DNA of 53,367 nt, counting the filler, from Streblomastix strix (Eukaryota): the NCBI GenBank assembly GCA_008636045.1. It is 2 parts of 2 records of this genome, joined end to end, with 100 filler letters (N's around TTAATTAATTAA, not from the genome) between each part and the next. Parts side by side here need not be neighbours in the genome. Positions count along the whole stretch, not along the records: positions 26,760 to 53,367 come from SNRW01000160.1; 1 more part is not named here. One strand, written 5' to 3'. The notes under the pieces are model-generated. The model was not told the DNA's origin, searched no databases, and was given only the letters and a program-made list of their open reading frames with translations. Shown one piece after another: positions 53,001 through 53,367 of the stretch. Every line of letters begins with the position of its first letter. Positions within the stretch are counted from its first letter, which is position 1. Made by a program: the position numbers and the translations under genes.

Positions 53001-53367
53001 CTCCTTTCCCTGATTTACTTATGCATCCATTCAGAGTTGTTTTACTTACAGTTAATTTTCCTGAAGTTGTAATTTTTGCATATATTCCACCAGCATCCAA
53101 TTCACTTTAACATTAATTTAATTACATTTCATCAAATGCTAGTGTATTAGTTCCAGATATTTCTGTGTAAATAGCACCTCCTTTTTCAGTAAGACTTTTG
53201 CAATTAGTGAATGTTATTTTGCTTAATTTCAAAGCGTTTGAATTTCCTACAATAGAATATATAGCTCCACCTTCTAATGAACTATTGCAGTTTGTAAATT
53301 CAACTTGATCCGTAATCTGCACTTGACTGTTTGATCCTGACATTACTGTGTAAATTCCTCCACCTTT
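44076..53367 (-). CDS. Giant (~3000+ aa, 5' end beyond window) type I membrane surface protein with Pmp-like/right-handed beta-helix repeats
   Basis: Many FxxC...GGAIY repeats; CGxxxxPC motifs; introns ~46256-46363 and ~49091-49169; TM WWAWLIPPFVVIAITLIGFYII (~45440-45510); long S/N/Q-rich tail ending ELGWADL*. Confidence 0.85.

Noticed and set aside
1..53367. CRISPR array, rRNA or tRNA genes
   Set aside because: No regularly spaced repeat-spacer structure or recognisable structural RNA seen; the sequence is eukaryotic

Overview
AT-rich eukaryotic (protist) DNA that reads TAA/TAG as Gln and only TGA as stop, so the supplied standard-code ORF track is badly fragmented. The code, GT-AG introns, DIRS-type retroelements and giant beta-helix surface proteins point to an oxymonad such as Streblomastix (inference). 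The window is two ~26.6 kb contigs joined by an artificial N-TTAATTAATTAA-N linker (26660-26759). Left contig: 1-~16450 is a decayed endogenous DNA virus region of the Polinton/Maverick/adintovirus type. It carries two protein-primed PolB halves, an rve-integrase remnant, a ~650 aa putative major capsid protein, a phage-tail-fibre-like protein, two adenovirus-pVI-like amphipathic peptides, repeated intergenic motifs and hairpins, and an inserted inverted-repeat element. Host genes follow (SPRY-like, ARM-like, calponin-homology, low-complexity). Right contig: the end of a surface-protein gene; a MyTH4-domain pseudogene interrupted by a hAT-type element (8-bp TSD) and abutted by two back-to-back tyrosine-recombinase retrotransposons; an RCC1-like gene; an intact PKA regulatory subunit; and a >9 kb beta-helix surface protein gene. 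All translations were done by eye, no database search was run, and boundaries of decayed genes are approximate.
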